Positions 24,211-33,760 of a stretch of DNA of 40,049 nt are shown piece by piece; the stretch's first letter is position 1, and each line of letters opens with the position of its first letter. Under the pieces are notes generated by a model. It ran no database searches. It was not told the DNA's origin and saw only the letters and a program-made list of their open reading frames with translations. Position numbers and translations under genes: made by a program. Source of the DNA: a virus (lineage: Duplodnaviria; Caudoviricetes); the IMG/VR virus record IMGVR_UViG_3300008255_000230, positions 1 through 40,049 of that record; one strand, given 5' to 3'.

Positions 24211-24552
24211 ATGGGATTTGGATATGCCTTGCCGATTGGCCAAAACCTGAGCTGGACTGGAGATATCTATCGTCCACAGGGTTTAGCCACAGAGACTGCG
24301 TTTCAGCTTCAACCTTATCATTTTGAAGTTGATATTCAGGTCGCAGCCGGTGCGATGACACTAACATTGGCTCCACCAGCCTTAGTTGCACATCGCATCA
24401 TCTATATCCGTGCAGTCGGAGCTGGTGGTGACACAACTATTACTGACCCCTCTGGATCTGTGTCTATCGGTAATTTGACTGCTGATAACGACTATGTGCT
24501 TCTCTACTCAACTGGTAATCGGTACGTGATACTTGCCGAAGTATCCACGTGA
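24211..24552 (+). CDS. putative capsid decoration protein
   Basis: 113 aa beta-rich, TLTLAPPA...IYIRA...YVLLYSTG. Confidence 0.55.
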   Translation: MGFGYALPIGQNLSWTGDIYRPQGLATETAFQLQPYHFEVDIQVAAGAMTLTLAPPALVAHRIIYIRAVGAGGDTTITDPSGSVSIGNLTADNDYVLLYSTGNRYVILAEVST

Positions 24553-24565
24553 TAGGAGATAAAAC

Positions 24566-25408
24566 ATGAGTTTTAGAGGAATGTTAATGAAGTTTGGGAT
24601 TGATGCTGATGGTGACCAAGTTACTATCTTCGATCCAGCTACATTCTCAAATTCAGTAGATATGGAGGGTGCAGTGGCAGTTGATGCCGCTGACCTTCGT
24701 ATCTATGATACTGCTGATGACCACTATATAACCTTCAAGGCTACTTCTGATGAAGCAGCGAATCGTAGTCTGAACATTCCCGCTTTGGGAGCCGATGACA
24801 CTCTTGTCACCCTAGCAACAGCTCAAACCTTCTCCGCTATTAAGACGTGGGGAGCAGTTCCTGCAACAAACCAGAATCTTGGTACAGTTAATGGGACAGG
24901 TGTAGCTGTGACAGCGGCGAAGGGTGATGGACGAGGAATCCAGATTACGTTGACACTGACAAATGTTGACCTTGCTCTAACTGATGCAGTTGGTGTAGTA
25001 GCGTGGGCAGCCCTTAAACTGTACACGATGCCCGCTGGTGCGGTGCTTTTCAGAGGGTTGAAAGCAGACCTTGACATTACGAAGAGTAGTGTTGGGGTAA
25101 ATGCAGATTGGGACGGAGACATTGGGTTTGGTACAGTCACCAATGATGGCGACGCCAACCTGACTGCATCTGAGCAGAACTTGGCCCCGTCAACTGCAAC
25201 TCCCCAAGCCGTTGCTGGTGTAACAACTGGTGATGCTAAAAGCACAGGGGCTGAAAGTGGCGCTGTCCATGGCACAACGGCTAGTCCTGCCGAAGTGTGG
25301 ATAAACGTCAACGTAGATGATACAGACCATGATGTAACTGGTACTGCATGTAACTTAATCGTTAACGGAACAATCGTATTCTCATACGAGCCTTTTGGCA
25401 CGCTTTGA
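24566..25408 (+). CDS. putative head fibre / decoration protein
   Basis: Ala/Thr/Asp-rich, TLVTLATAQTFS.IKT fibre-like repeat, jelly-roll-like C-terminus. Confidence 0.6.
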   Translation: MSFRGMLMKFGIDADGDQVTIFDPATFSNSVDMEGAVAVDAADLRIYDTADDHYITFKATSDEAANRSLNIPALGADDTLVTLATAQTFSAIKTWGAVPATNQNLGTVNGTGVAVTAAKGDGRGIQITLTLTNVDLALTDAVGVVAWAALKLYTMPAGAVLFRGLKADLDITKSSVGVNADWDGDIGFGTVTNDGDANLTASEQNLAPSTATPQAVAGVTTGDAKSTGAESGAVHGTTASPAEVWINVNVDDTDHDVTGTACNLIVNGTIVFSYEPFGTL

Positions 25409-25433
25409 GATTAGGTTAGTAGGAGATTGATAA

Positions 25434-26705
25434 ATGAGTTCTTTTCTTGGAATGATCGGGACAGGTGATTGGACGAACGAAGAACGTCCAAAGAACTTCC
25501 GTCAAGGTCTGCTTAAGATGTATCCGAATGGCAATATGCCTATAACGGCTATTACTTCAAAAGGAAAGTCTGAGCGGACTGATGACCCTGAGTTCAAATA
25601 CTACTCCAAAGACCTCGCAGTGCAGGGTGGCTCCATTACTGGGGTCTACACAGATTTGGCTATGACAGCGGCTGCGGGTGCAGGAATATATGCTGTTGGC
25701 CAGAACTTTTATGTTAAGGTGAATGCGGAGACAGCGAGTCACTTCCGTCGTGGCCACACAGCTTTGTTTGTATCCACCACGAATCGTGCGCTTGAAGCGT
25801 TTGGTAAGGTAATCTCAGTTACGTCGAATGGCGACAACTCTCAGATTGGCGTCATTCTTCGTGCCGAAAGTGCCGCTTCTACAATGAACGCTGTTAACTA
25901 CATCGACATTGTTGGTAATAGTAATCCAGAAGGTGGAACGGCTGTTGACTCTATCAACTACACACCGAACAAGTTCTACAACTATACGCAAATCTTTCGT
26001 ACTCCGCTCGACATCAGCCGTACTCAGCGGAAAACACGTATGCGTACAGGTGACCCTTATCTGGAAGCGAAAGCTGATTCCATGCTGTACCATGGAATCG
26101 AGATTGAGATGGCACTTATCAATGGTTGGAAAACTGAGATTAGTGAGAATGGTTCGACTGAAAGAACCACTCAAGGTCTGATCCCATTCCTTCGTGAGAA
26201 TGAGCCAGGGAATATTCTCGATTACGCCTCTAGTACCTCCCTAACTTGGAGGCAAGGCGGAGAGGATTGGCTTGATGAAAAGTTGGAAGTCCTCTTCCGT
26301 TATGGTCGTGAGACCAAGATGGCTGTCTGCGGTTCCGGTGCTTTGCTCGGAATCATGAAACTGGTTAAGATGAGTGGGCAATTTCAGCTTACCCCTGAAA
26401 CTGGCGCTTATGGTGTAAAAGTTGCCCGTTGGGTAACCCCGTTTGGGGAACTCTTACTCAAGCGCCACCCACTCTTTACTTTCAAGTCCTATCGTCGGCA
26501 GGATATGCTTATCTTTGAACCGGAAAATCTTCGGTATATGTACATTGATGATACGCACTTCAAGCGGGACGACGAAGAAGCTAAAGCTGGTAAAGTAGGG
26601 TATGATGGTACAAAAGAGGAATTTCTCACTGAAGCTGGATTTGAGATACACTTCCCTGAGACTATGATGCTTTTGACCTCTATCGGAAGTAATGGTACTG
26701 CGTAA
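25434..26705 (+). CDS. major capsid protein (DUF5309/SU10-type)
   Basis: NYTQIFRT..DISRT, IEMALING, TTQGL, YGVKV....TPFG.L....HPLF, EFLTEAG; AGGAG RBS, hairpin downstream. Confidence 0.88.
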   Translation: MSSFLGMIGTGDWTNEERPKNFRQGLLKMYPNGNMPITAITSKGKSERTDDPEFKYYSKDLAVQGGSITGVYTDLAMTAAAGAGIYAVGQNFYVKVNAETASHFRRGHTALFVSTTNRALEAFGKVISVTSNGDNSQIGVILRAESAASTMNAVNYIDIVGNSNPEGGTAVDSINYTPNKFYNYTQIFRTPLDISRTQRKTRMRTGDPYLEAKADSMLYHGIEIEMALINGWKTEISENGSTERTTQGLIPFLRENEPGNILDYASSTSLTWRQGGEDWLDEKLEVLFRYGRETKMAVCGSGALLGIMKLVKMSGQFQLTPETGAYGVKVARWVTPFGELLLKRHPLFTFKSYRRQDMLIFEPENLRYMYIDDTHFKRDDEEAKAGKVGYDGTKEEFLTEAGFEIHFPETMMLLTSIGSNGTA

Positions 26706-26717
26706 CCAGTTGGGTAA

Positions 26718-26751
26718 ATGGGGAGAGGGAGGAGTGACTTCCTCTCCCCAT
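26718..26751 (+). terminator. hairpin after the major capsid gene
   Basis: ATGGGGAGAGG/CCTCTCCCCAT 11-bp stem with no U-tract, so leaky or stabilising. Confidence 0.55.
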
Positions 26752-26764
26752 ATAGGAATAAGTA

Positions 26765-27925
26765 ATGGCTATTAAGGTTAGGACAATAAACAGGGATGAT
26801 GGAAACCCAGTCATCTTTGACATAAACCCATTAACTGGTTTGAAGATAGTGGGGCTGGAACAAGGCGTTGACCCAGTAATAGGTGTTGGATTTGACAGGA
26901 ATGGGAAAACATTGGTAGCTGCTGGTGGCCCCGCTAACTCAGTTACCATTTACAACACAGCTTTGGCCGTTGAGGCAACTGTAACAGTTCCAGCTAACGC
27001 GTGGGATGCTGATGGAGATTGGGATTCTGACAACATTTATGTGGCCTGTACAGGTGGCTTATACTGCTACACACAGGCGGGTGTGCAGTTGTATAGCTTT
27101 GCCCAAATTGGGCAGAGTGTAACAAGAGTGGCTGTCTCAGGCAATTACGTGTTTTGCCTAAACGCAACAACTGGCGTCATATATAGACGGAATAAAGATT
27201 TAACTGTCGTGGACAGTTTTGCTGGTGGTATTGAAGGGGTACAAACAATTGCTGCTGACTATGCAAATAACATGTATCTCGCCACACCGACAGGTATTAC
27301 AAAAGCAGATGAGGAAGGCAACACCCTTTTAACATTAGCCTTGACTGACATCTATGGACTAAGTTGGGATAGGCATAACAATTGGCTGTGGGTTGGTAGA
27401 CTTAATGGGGCAGCTTTACAGATAAAAGTGTACACTGAGGCCCTTCAACTTGTTAGTACCTTCGACTCAGACGCTCCAATAAACGGCATATCTAATACTG
27501 ACTTTGACATAGCCATATACGGCATTCCACAAACAATTAGTGGTGAAGAGGAGGAACAGATGGTAGGCTCTTTTGATAGAACAGTTACAATCTCAGACAC
27601 AGACTATAATGATGTTGGAACTGAGGTTATCCTAAAGGGACTTAATAGGTACGTAAGTTTTGAGGTAACAAACACAGGACATGTGCTCACTGACTTCAAG
27701 GTACAAATTAAGTTTGATGAAAACGCAGCTTTTGTTGACTATATCTCAGGTAGTCAATGGGCAGACACTTTAGATAGACTAAAACATGTGAGTGCAACAC
27801 CCGCAACAATGGCAAGTGGAGCAGTGGTGAGTTTAGTCATTGATGTCTACAAAGCCTACTCCATTAAGTTCTTGGCGAAGATTGCATCTAGCACAACTAT
27901 TGTAATTGTAAGAGGAATCTTTTAG
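26765..27925 (+). CDS. beta-propeller-like virion protein with separate C-terminal domain
   Basis: Repeated ~38-aa blades ending in D..NIYVA, NYVFC, NNMYLA, NNWLWV. Confidence 0.7.
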   Translation: MAIKVRTINRDDGNPVIFDINPLTGLKIVGLEQGVDPVIGVGFDRNGKTLVAAGGPANSVTIYNTALAVEATVTVPANAWDADGDWDSDNIYVACTGGLYCYTQAGVQLYSFAQIGQSVTRVAVSGNYVFCLNATTGVIYRRNKDLTVVDSFAGGIEGVQTIAADYANNMYLATPTGITKADEEGNTLLTLALTDIYGLSWDRHNNWLWVGRLNGAALQIKVYTEALQLVSTFDSDAPINGISNTDFDIAIYGIPQTISGEEEEQMVGSFDRTVTISDTDYNDVGTEVILKGLNRYVSFEVTNTGHVLTDFKVQIKFDENAAFVDYISGSQWADTLDRLKHVSATPATMASGAVVSLVIDVYKAYSIKFLAKIASSTTIVIVRGIF

Positions 27926-28566
27926 TGGAAACAAAGGTCCTTAAGACAAACACGGCTGTTGTAATAGCCATTGGGCCCTTCCTAGATTTAACAGATGGTG
28001 TGACCCCTGAGACAGCAATGACAGTGACGAATATCACTTGTGAAATGTACAAAGAAACGGATACTGGCAGTGCTCCAACACGGACAGCTTTGACACTTAC
28101 CGCCAGTGGTGGTAGTAATGACATGGTGCATATCACAAGTGATATAGCTGGTTTCTACTCTTTTGAGCTAACCGCAAACGATCTAAACTTCCTTGGACGT
28201 GCAACTCTTGTATTCACTGATGATGATGTATGCAGACAGGTAGTTCTTCCATTACTTGTGATTCCAGCAATCTCATTTGACCAATTTGGGAGCCTTGTTG
28301 GAATAGGAAATGTTGAGATTGATAGTGAATATGATGGGAATGACTGGAGGTATTTGACTACGGGCGGAGTTGGTATTGATGATGCCACTGTTAAGGTGTA
28401 CTTGAAGAGTGAATATGACGTTGGCGTCTATACTCTACGTGCTTCGTCAGTAACAGGGACAGATGGAACCTGGGGACCAGTTTATCTCAACACAGGACTT
28501 ACCTATACAGTAGTCTTTTACAAGTCTGGAGTCTATGGTCCTGACAACTTGGAGATAACGATATGA
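27925..28566 (+). CDS. hypothetical virion protein
   Basis: IGPFLD.TDGVTPET...GFYSFELTA.D.NFLG motif; Ig-like C-terminus; GTG start after GAGG. Confidence 0.7.
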   Translation: METKVLKTNTAVVIAIGPFLDLTDGVTPETAMTVTNITCEMYKETDTGSAPTRTALTLTASGGSNDMVHITSDIAGFYSFELTANDLNFLGRATLVFTDDDVCRQVVLPLLVIPAISFDQFGSLVGIGNVEIDSEYDGNDWRYLTTGGVGIDDATVKVYLKSEYDVGVYTLRASSVTGTDGTWGPVYLNTGLTYTVVFYKSGVYGPDNLEITI

Positions 28567-29351
28567 CAGTGGTAGGTACACCAGTTGCTGCTGCTGGAAC
28601 AAGGGATTTGGCCGCGGCAAGAATTAAACTCGTAACATCGAGTGGCCGCTACGACCTTGTTGTGGATGGAGATATCAGTGGTAACATTGATAATGGAGCT
28701 AACTACTATCTGCAAGAGGGACAAGACTTTTTGGATGAACTAGTTGAGATTCCTAGCTCAATTCGTAGGTGGAAGGGAGTATTGGCCACTGGTCAAATCC
28801 AAGTTGAGATACAACGACTTATGTCGGTTAATAGGCTTTGGATAATTACTACTGCTGATGGACGTACAGATCTAACTGATAGTTACCTAACTCCTGACGC
28901 GATGAGGAAGGAGTATACGACTCTAACTTCTGGATGGGAGTCAGGTACTCCTACTTACTGGACTATGAATAGGACTGGACTGGCACCAGAACAAATAGGA
29001 TTAACTAGCGCTGACTTTGTTACTGATGGTGTTTTGGATTATGAAGATGTGAGATTTGGGCCTGACTGGGGTTACTCCGGTATTCTCTTTGCCCCAAGGG
29101 CTGATGTAGATTACAACTTAGAGGTGATAGGCCGCTTCTATAGTGTGAAACTAGAAGAGGATTCGGATGTCAGCTTTTGGACCCAACACAAGATGTCTAT
29201 CTTGATAAATGCTGCTAGATACAAGATGGAGAGTGAGTTTGGCAATATGGCTAGAGCAGTAGCCCTCTTAGCGACGCTGGAGAGAGACTTGTCAGCACTT
29301 GATAATGTGACGGTTGACAGAGAGTTAATTGGATTGGACTTGGAGCACTAA
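28563..29351 (+). CDS. putative tail adaptor (tubular protein A-like)
   Basis: SGTPTYW...ILFAPRAD.DY.L...FW motif; position before the nozzle gene. Confidence 0.65.
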   Translation: MTVVGTPVAAAGTRDLAAARIKLVTSSGRYDLVVDGDISGNIDNGANYYLQEGQDFLDELVEIPSSIRRWKGVLATGQIQVEIQRLMSVNRLWIITTADGRTDLTDSYLTPDAMRKEYTTLTSGWESGTPTYWTMNRTGLAPEQIGLTSADFVTDGVLDYEDVRFGPDWGYSGILFAPRADVDYNLEVIGRFYSVKLEEDSDVSFWTQHKMSILINAARYKMESEFGNMARAVALLATLERDLSALDNVTVDRELIGLDLEH

Positions 29352-29354
29352 GAT

Positions 29355-29738
29355 ATGGGTAAGAGAAACGGACTTGCACCACGAGAACGGGAACCAAGAA
29401 TGGCTGTTAGACCTAGACCAACGATTGTTGGAGGTCGAGTTGAGGCATTAGCTAAGGTTCCGTGTTATTACTTTCTGGCACCATGCGATCTTGTTCTTTC
29501 CTCTATCACACTTTATTTAGAGGGAACTGATAAGGTGCTAATCGACTTGTTCATAAATCGAACGAAAGGGTTAGAGGAAATTAGTCGAGATATTGAACTG
29601 CAACCTGGCCTAAACAGAGTTAAAAGTGAGCTACAGATTAGTAGTGGTAGTCGAGTCTCTCTCTTAACCCAATCTGATTGTACCCTCTGGTATGGATTTA
29701 CTTTAACTCGGAGTAGAGAGGCAACTCTTTATGCCTGA
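29355..29738 (+). CDS. hypothetical protein
   Basis: GGAG RBS; fills the operon. Confidence 0.65.
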   Translation: MGKRNGLAPREREPRMAVRPRPTIVGGRVEALAKVPCYYFLAPCDLVLSSITLYLEGTDKVLIDLFINRTKGLEEISRDIELQPGLNRVKSELQISSGSRVSLLTQSDCTLWYGFTLTRSREATLYA

Positions 29739-31332
29739 ATACCAAGTTCCAGTTGATTTCAAGTTGATGTTGAAAAATGGGCTTAGGATGGAACCAGATA
29801 TGGATGTGAATACTCCAGTCTGTAAAACCTACCAGTTCTTGAAAGCTACAGAACGCGGTGCCCGCTCCCATGAGAGTGTAACACAAGCGATTAGCTTAGC
29901 TAAGTTGACCTCTGCCTCCATAGCTATTTCACACCCATATCCTCAACTCTTCCGTGGATCTGAGGTTACACTTCTGTGTACGGAGACAGCAGTTTATAGC
30001 GTGAATGAAACTACTTGGTCAATAACTCAGTTAATAACCTACGACCTTTATAATCCAGCAAATACAAAGGCTATACCAGCTGGTGGGCCATGGCAATTTT
30101 GTGATATGCACTCCAACTGGTTTCTCTTTAACGGAGTTTGTCAAGTCATAAAAACTGGATGGGTAGACTCCAATAAGGTGTTTGTCCAAGATACGATGAC
30201 AGTAAACACTGGAGTTAATTATCGAGGTCGGATGCTAATGGCTGGCTTTGACCCAGCAAATTTTATGAGCGCTGAATGGTTGGCGATATGGACAAATCTT
30301 TTAGAGGAAGGAACTAAGTGGGGATTTACACCTGGAGTTGCTAACCAAAACTGGGTATGGTGGGGCAGGATTGCTGGTGGTGACACCTTGAACTTCTTCC
30401 TACCTGAGCTGGCCCAACTTGGAATTGAGGATACAGAGTTTAGGGCAGTCGAAAATGTTCATAGTGAAAATGACCCGTTGTTTTTAGAGCAGGTTATTAG
30501 GAACCAAAGTGGGTTTATGCCTATGGACTGGAGAGGGAATGTCCAAGTTCTTTTCCCTCTTCGAGAAGGTGTGCTGGTAGCTGGAGAAGATGGAGTCAGC
30601 TACCTAATTCCCTCCTCCAATCCGTTTCCGACTTTTGGACTTGTGGATGACCTACTTCATGTGGGGATTGCTACAAGAACTGCTATAGGTGGAGATAAGA
30701 ATCAAGCTCTCCTAGTTGATGAGTCAGGAGTAATTTGGCTTATACTAGGTGATGGAAAGATTCAAAGGATTGGATACCAAGAGTACTTTGAGGGCTCACT
30801 AGGTGAGGAGTTCACAATTAGTTTGGATCCACAAAGACGGGATTTCTATATCTCATCTGTTAACGGCACCTATGTTTTGGATAAAGACCTACATTTGTCT
30901 CGTGCCCCTTATGTGATTAATAGTCTCTATTTTGTTGAGGGTGGACGAATTGGAGTTGCTAAAGATGAAGTTGCACCAACCAGTTTTGTGATAGAGACCC
31001 ACAATTTTGATATTGGCTATAGTGATATGAAAACTCTTATGTGGGTAGATATCAATTATAGTGGGATAACAAGTTTGAAGGTGCAAGTAAAATATAAGAG
31101 GGGAATGACCAGTGCGTTGATAAATGGACCACTTGTTCCAGTAAGTCCAGAAGGTATTGCGTTCGTAAAATGTTCGGGTGTGGAATTTGTTGTTAGGTTA
31201 GAAGGAGTTGTCGGGGATGACCCAAGAATTAATGACATCAAAGTCAAGTTTGAATGGACTAGTGAGAGATATACCAGAGGGCCAAGAGGAGCACAAACTA
31301 GAAGATCACAGGTTTTGTCTGAGCTATCCTGA
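29731..31332 (+). CDS. putative tail nozzle / stabilisation protein (tubular protein B-like)
   Basis: 533 aa beta-rich, C-terminal IETHNFDIG...K domain; follows the adaptor. Confidence 0.65.
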   Translation: MPEYQVPVDFKLMLKNGLRMEPDMDVNTPVCKTYQFLKATERGARSHESVTQAISLAKLTSASIAISHPYPQLFRGSEVTLLCTETAVYSVNETTWSITQLITYDLYNPANTKAIPAGGPWQFCDMHSNWFLFNGVCQVIKTGWVDSNKVFVQDTMTVNTGVNYRGRMLMAGFDPANFMSAEWLAIWTNLLEEGTKWGFTPGVANQNWVWWGRIAGGDTLNFFLPELAQLGIEDTEFRAVENVHSENDPLFLEQVIRNQSGFMPMDWRGNVQVLFPLREGVLVAGEDGVSYLIPSSNPFPTFGLVDDLLHVGIATRTAIGGDKNQALLVDESGVIWLILGDGKIQRIGYQEYFEGSLGEEFTISLDPQRRDFYISSVNGTYVLDKDLHLSRAPYVINSLYFVEGGRIGVAKDEVAPTSFVIETHNFDIGYSDMKTLMWVDINYSGITSLKVQVKYKRGMTSALINGPLVPVSPEGIAFVKCSGVEFVVRLEGVVGDDPRINDIKVKFEWTSERYTRGPRGAQTRRSQVLSELS

Positions 31333-31753
31333 GGGAGTGTGCTATAATTGGCCAATAATCAGATTGGCAATCTTAAAGACAATGCCACCACTGATGAAAG
31401 TGGATGAGGAAGTACTAGCTAATATTCAGACCTCTCTTATGGATGGGCGCCTACAATGTTGGATGCTCGCTGAGATTAAAGAGGCAACAAAAGGGACATT
31501 ACTAGGAGTGTGTACGACATCAGTAGTTGAGGATACATTTGCACGGGTTAAGTTTCTCTATATCTATACGACCACTATGTTTGGCTCAGTCAACTTGGAT
31601 GTTTGGAGCTTCTGTTTGGAGAGGTTACGAGCGTATGGGAGAAAGAAAGGTTGTGTTAAGATAGTAACTTTTACGAGTAACGACAGAATGTTGGCGGTCA
31701 TAAAACGGTTCGGTGGAACTGCAAGTTCTGTACGAGCTGAGATGGAGATATAA
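31217..31753 (+). CDS. GNAT-fold tail assembly protein
   Basis: WPII...L..GRLQCW...GVCTT...L.AYG.KKGC.KI pattern; ATG 31217 after GAAGGAG. Confidence 0.55.
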   Translation: MTQELMTSKSSLNGLVRDIPEGQEEHKLEDHRFCLSYPEGVCYNWPIIRLAILKTMPPLMKVDEEVLANIQTSLMDGRLQCWMLAEIKEATKGTLLGVCTTSVVEDTFARVKFLYIYTTTMFGSVNLDVWSFCLERLRAYGRKKGCVKIVTFTSNDRMLAVIKRFGGTASSVRAEMEI

Positions 31754-31754
31754 A

Positions 31755-33143
31755 ATGGGTGCTCAATCTGGTGAAGTCGCATATCCAGCCTACATTGGGA
31801 ATTTCCACTCCCAACTTTTAATGGGAGAAACTTATGAGCCTCTCGATTCAGATGGTGTTGCTAATATCTATCCAGACTTCTCCGGTGCTTATAATATGGA
31901 GTATTTGGTAAAGGCCGCGTTGGATCTGCAAAACCCGTATACTGGGGTAAACGCGTTTGACCCATACAATGATTTGTCTAATCTAAGTAATCGTATGGAA
32001 ATCTTTTCTCAATTAGCTGATCTTATTGATGAACAAGACCTTTGGACTGACTCAATGCAGTTGGCATTACAACATGTTGAGACCTACCTACCTGGGTTGA
32101 GTGACTTAAGTAATGTGAATAACTTGACTGAGCTAAGACTAAAGATGGGTTCCTTTGAAGGGTTTTTGGATAACTTTGAGGTTGTTCTGGATGGGCTCTC
32201 TGTGGAGGTATCAGCGCATCGGTCCGAACTCCTTCAGAACTTAGCCAGGTCTTATAATCACATTGCTGGTGGTTTATTTGATATTAATGGAGTAGTCTCA
32301 TCTGTTTCACACGTAGCTTTTGCGAACCTCGAAGCAGAGTTTAACAGAGACATGCAGCGCTTCCAACAAGATAGAGAATTTCAGTTGAATCAGCAAAAGA
32401 GAGAATCTCTCAACGTAATTACTCAAGCTCGTCAATCTTTAGTAGTTCTTGAGAGGGATATATTGAATGCTGAGAAGGATAAAAATCTTGTTGAGCTTGA
32501 GGAGTTGAAAGCACGCCTTGGGTATTATATGCAGAGCACTCAGGAGATACACAACATTGTTAAGACGAAGATAATGAGTGAGGCTCAAGCAGTAACTTTA
32601 CAGGATGGAGTTAGTAAGGTCCGCATTGACGCGTTTGGTAATGAAATAGCTTTGAACGCCGACCTTGATTCGATGGAGATTAAGTGGGATATGGATTTGC
32701 TTACGGAGGGGGGAAAAGCTATGAATATCCAAGCACAAGGGATGACGAGAGGGTTGAGCGAAAAGCAACAGCAGTTGATGCTTCTTGCGACCGTTGCTCA
32801 AATTGGCTCCGGTGTTATAGGTGCTATTGTACCATTTCTTGGTATGGTTGCATTTAAGTCTGATGAAAATCTTAAGACTGAAATAGTACCACTCGAAAAT
32901 GGTCTTGATGTTCTGAATAAATTGAGACCAGTGAGGTATCAGTATAAAGAGTTGCAAGGTGTCAACCAAGTTGGGTTCATCGCTCAAGAGTTGAGAGAAG
33001 TAATTCCTGAGTGGATTATATCTATTGACGGAACTTTATATGTTCACCCCTACGGGTTTGAGGCTGTTGCAGTTAAGGCGATACAAGAACTTAGCGATAA
33101 AGTAGATCGGTTGGAGAAACAACTGAGTGGAGATCTAAAATGA
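31755..33143 (+). CDS. internal virion protein with C-terminal peptidase S74 chaperone domain
   Basis: Helical coiled coil, hydrophobic segment, then SDENLK...RPVRYQYK...GFIAQE...VKAIQEL. Confidence 0.8.
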   Translation: MGAQSGEVAYPAYIGNFHSQLLMGETYEPLDSDGVANIYPDFSGAYNMEYLVKAALDLQNPYTGVNAFDPYNDLSNLSNRMEIFSQLADLIDEQDLWTDSMQLALQHVETYLPGLSDLSNVNNLTELRLKMGSFEGFLDNFEVVLDGLSVEVSAHRSELLQNLARSYNHIAGGLFDINGVVSSVSHVAFANLEAEFNRDMQRFQQDREFQLNQQKRESLNVITQARQSLVVLERDILNAEKDKNLVELEELKARLGYYMQSTQEIHNIVKTKIMSEAQAVTLQDGVSKVRIDAFGNEIALNADLDSMEIKWDMDLLTEGGKAMNIQAQGMTRGLSEKQQQLMLLATVAQIGSGVIGAIVPFLGMVAFKSDENLKTEIVPLENGLDVLNKLRPVRYQYKELQGVNQVGFIAQELREVIPEWIISIDGTLYVHPYGFEAVAVKAIQELSDKVDRLEKQLSGDLK

Positions 33144-33760
33144 ATCAGAATCAACTAATGGCCTTGTTAGGACAGTTTGGGACGACAGCAGCCAGTCTTG
33201 GGCAAATCATTCCAGGGTATGTAGACCCCGCAGCTTTTAATAGTATAATCGAGTCTAATAGGGGGATGATAGCTCAGGCAGCACAGGAAGAGGAGAAACG
33301 CCGCAGAGAGGAGGAGGAAAAGAAGTTTAAGAAGAAGGGAAATATTGGTAGTATAGCAGGAGGTGTAGTTGGTGGCACTGCTGGTTTTATGTTAGGTGGA
33401 CCAGCCGGTGCTGCAATTGGTGCGCAGATGGGCTCTAGTTCTGGAAAAAGCTTTGCACAAGGAGATGTTGCTGGAGGTATAGGAAGTTTAGCTAGTGCCT
33501 ATCCTGGGATGTCAGAGGCACATCAGTTGAGTAAACAAGCTATGGCTGGTTCTGGCTCTCTTAGTTTACCAAAGAGTGGTGAGCTATTCTCAAAGCAGAT
33601 GCAAAGCCAAGCTCCACAAACGGCAACACTTCAACAATCATTCATGGGTGCTCAGCCACAACTGACTACTCCTACCTCACTGAATAGACCTGTCCCAATA
33701 CTATCTGGTATAGATGAAGAGGAAATGCGTAGACGAGCAATGATGGGAGGTTACAACTGA
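33140..33760 (+). CDS. ejection / pilot protein with glycine zipper
   Basis: GSIAGGVVGGTAGFMLGGPAGAAIGAQMG. Confidence 0.7.
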   Translation: MNQNQLMALLGQFGTTAASLGQIIPGYVDPAAFNSIIESNRGMIAQAAQEEEKRRREEEEKKFKKKGNIGSIAGGVVGGTAGFMLGGPAGAAIGAQMGSSSGKSFAQGDVAGGIGSLASAYPGMSEAHQLSKQAMAGSGSLSLPKSGELFSKQMQSQAPQTATLQQSFMGAQPQLTTPTSLNRPVPILSGIDEEEMRRRAMMGGYN

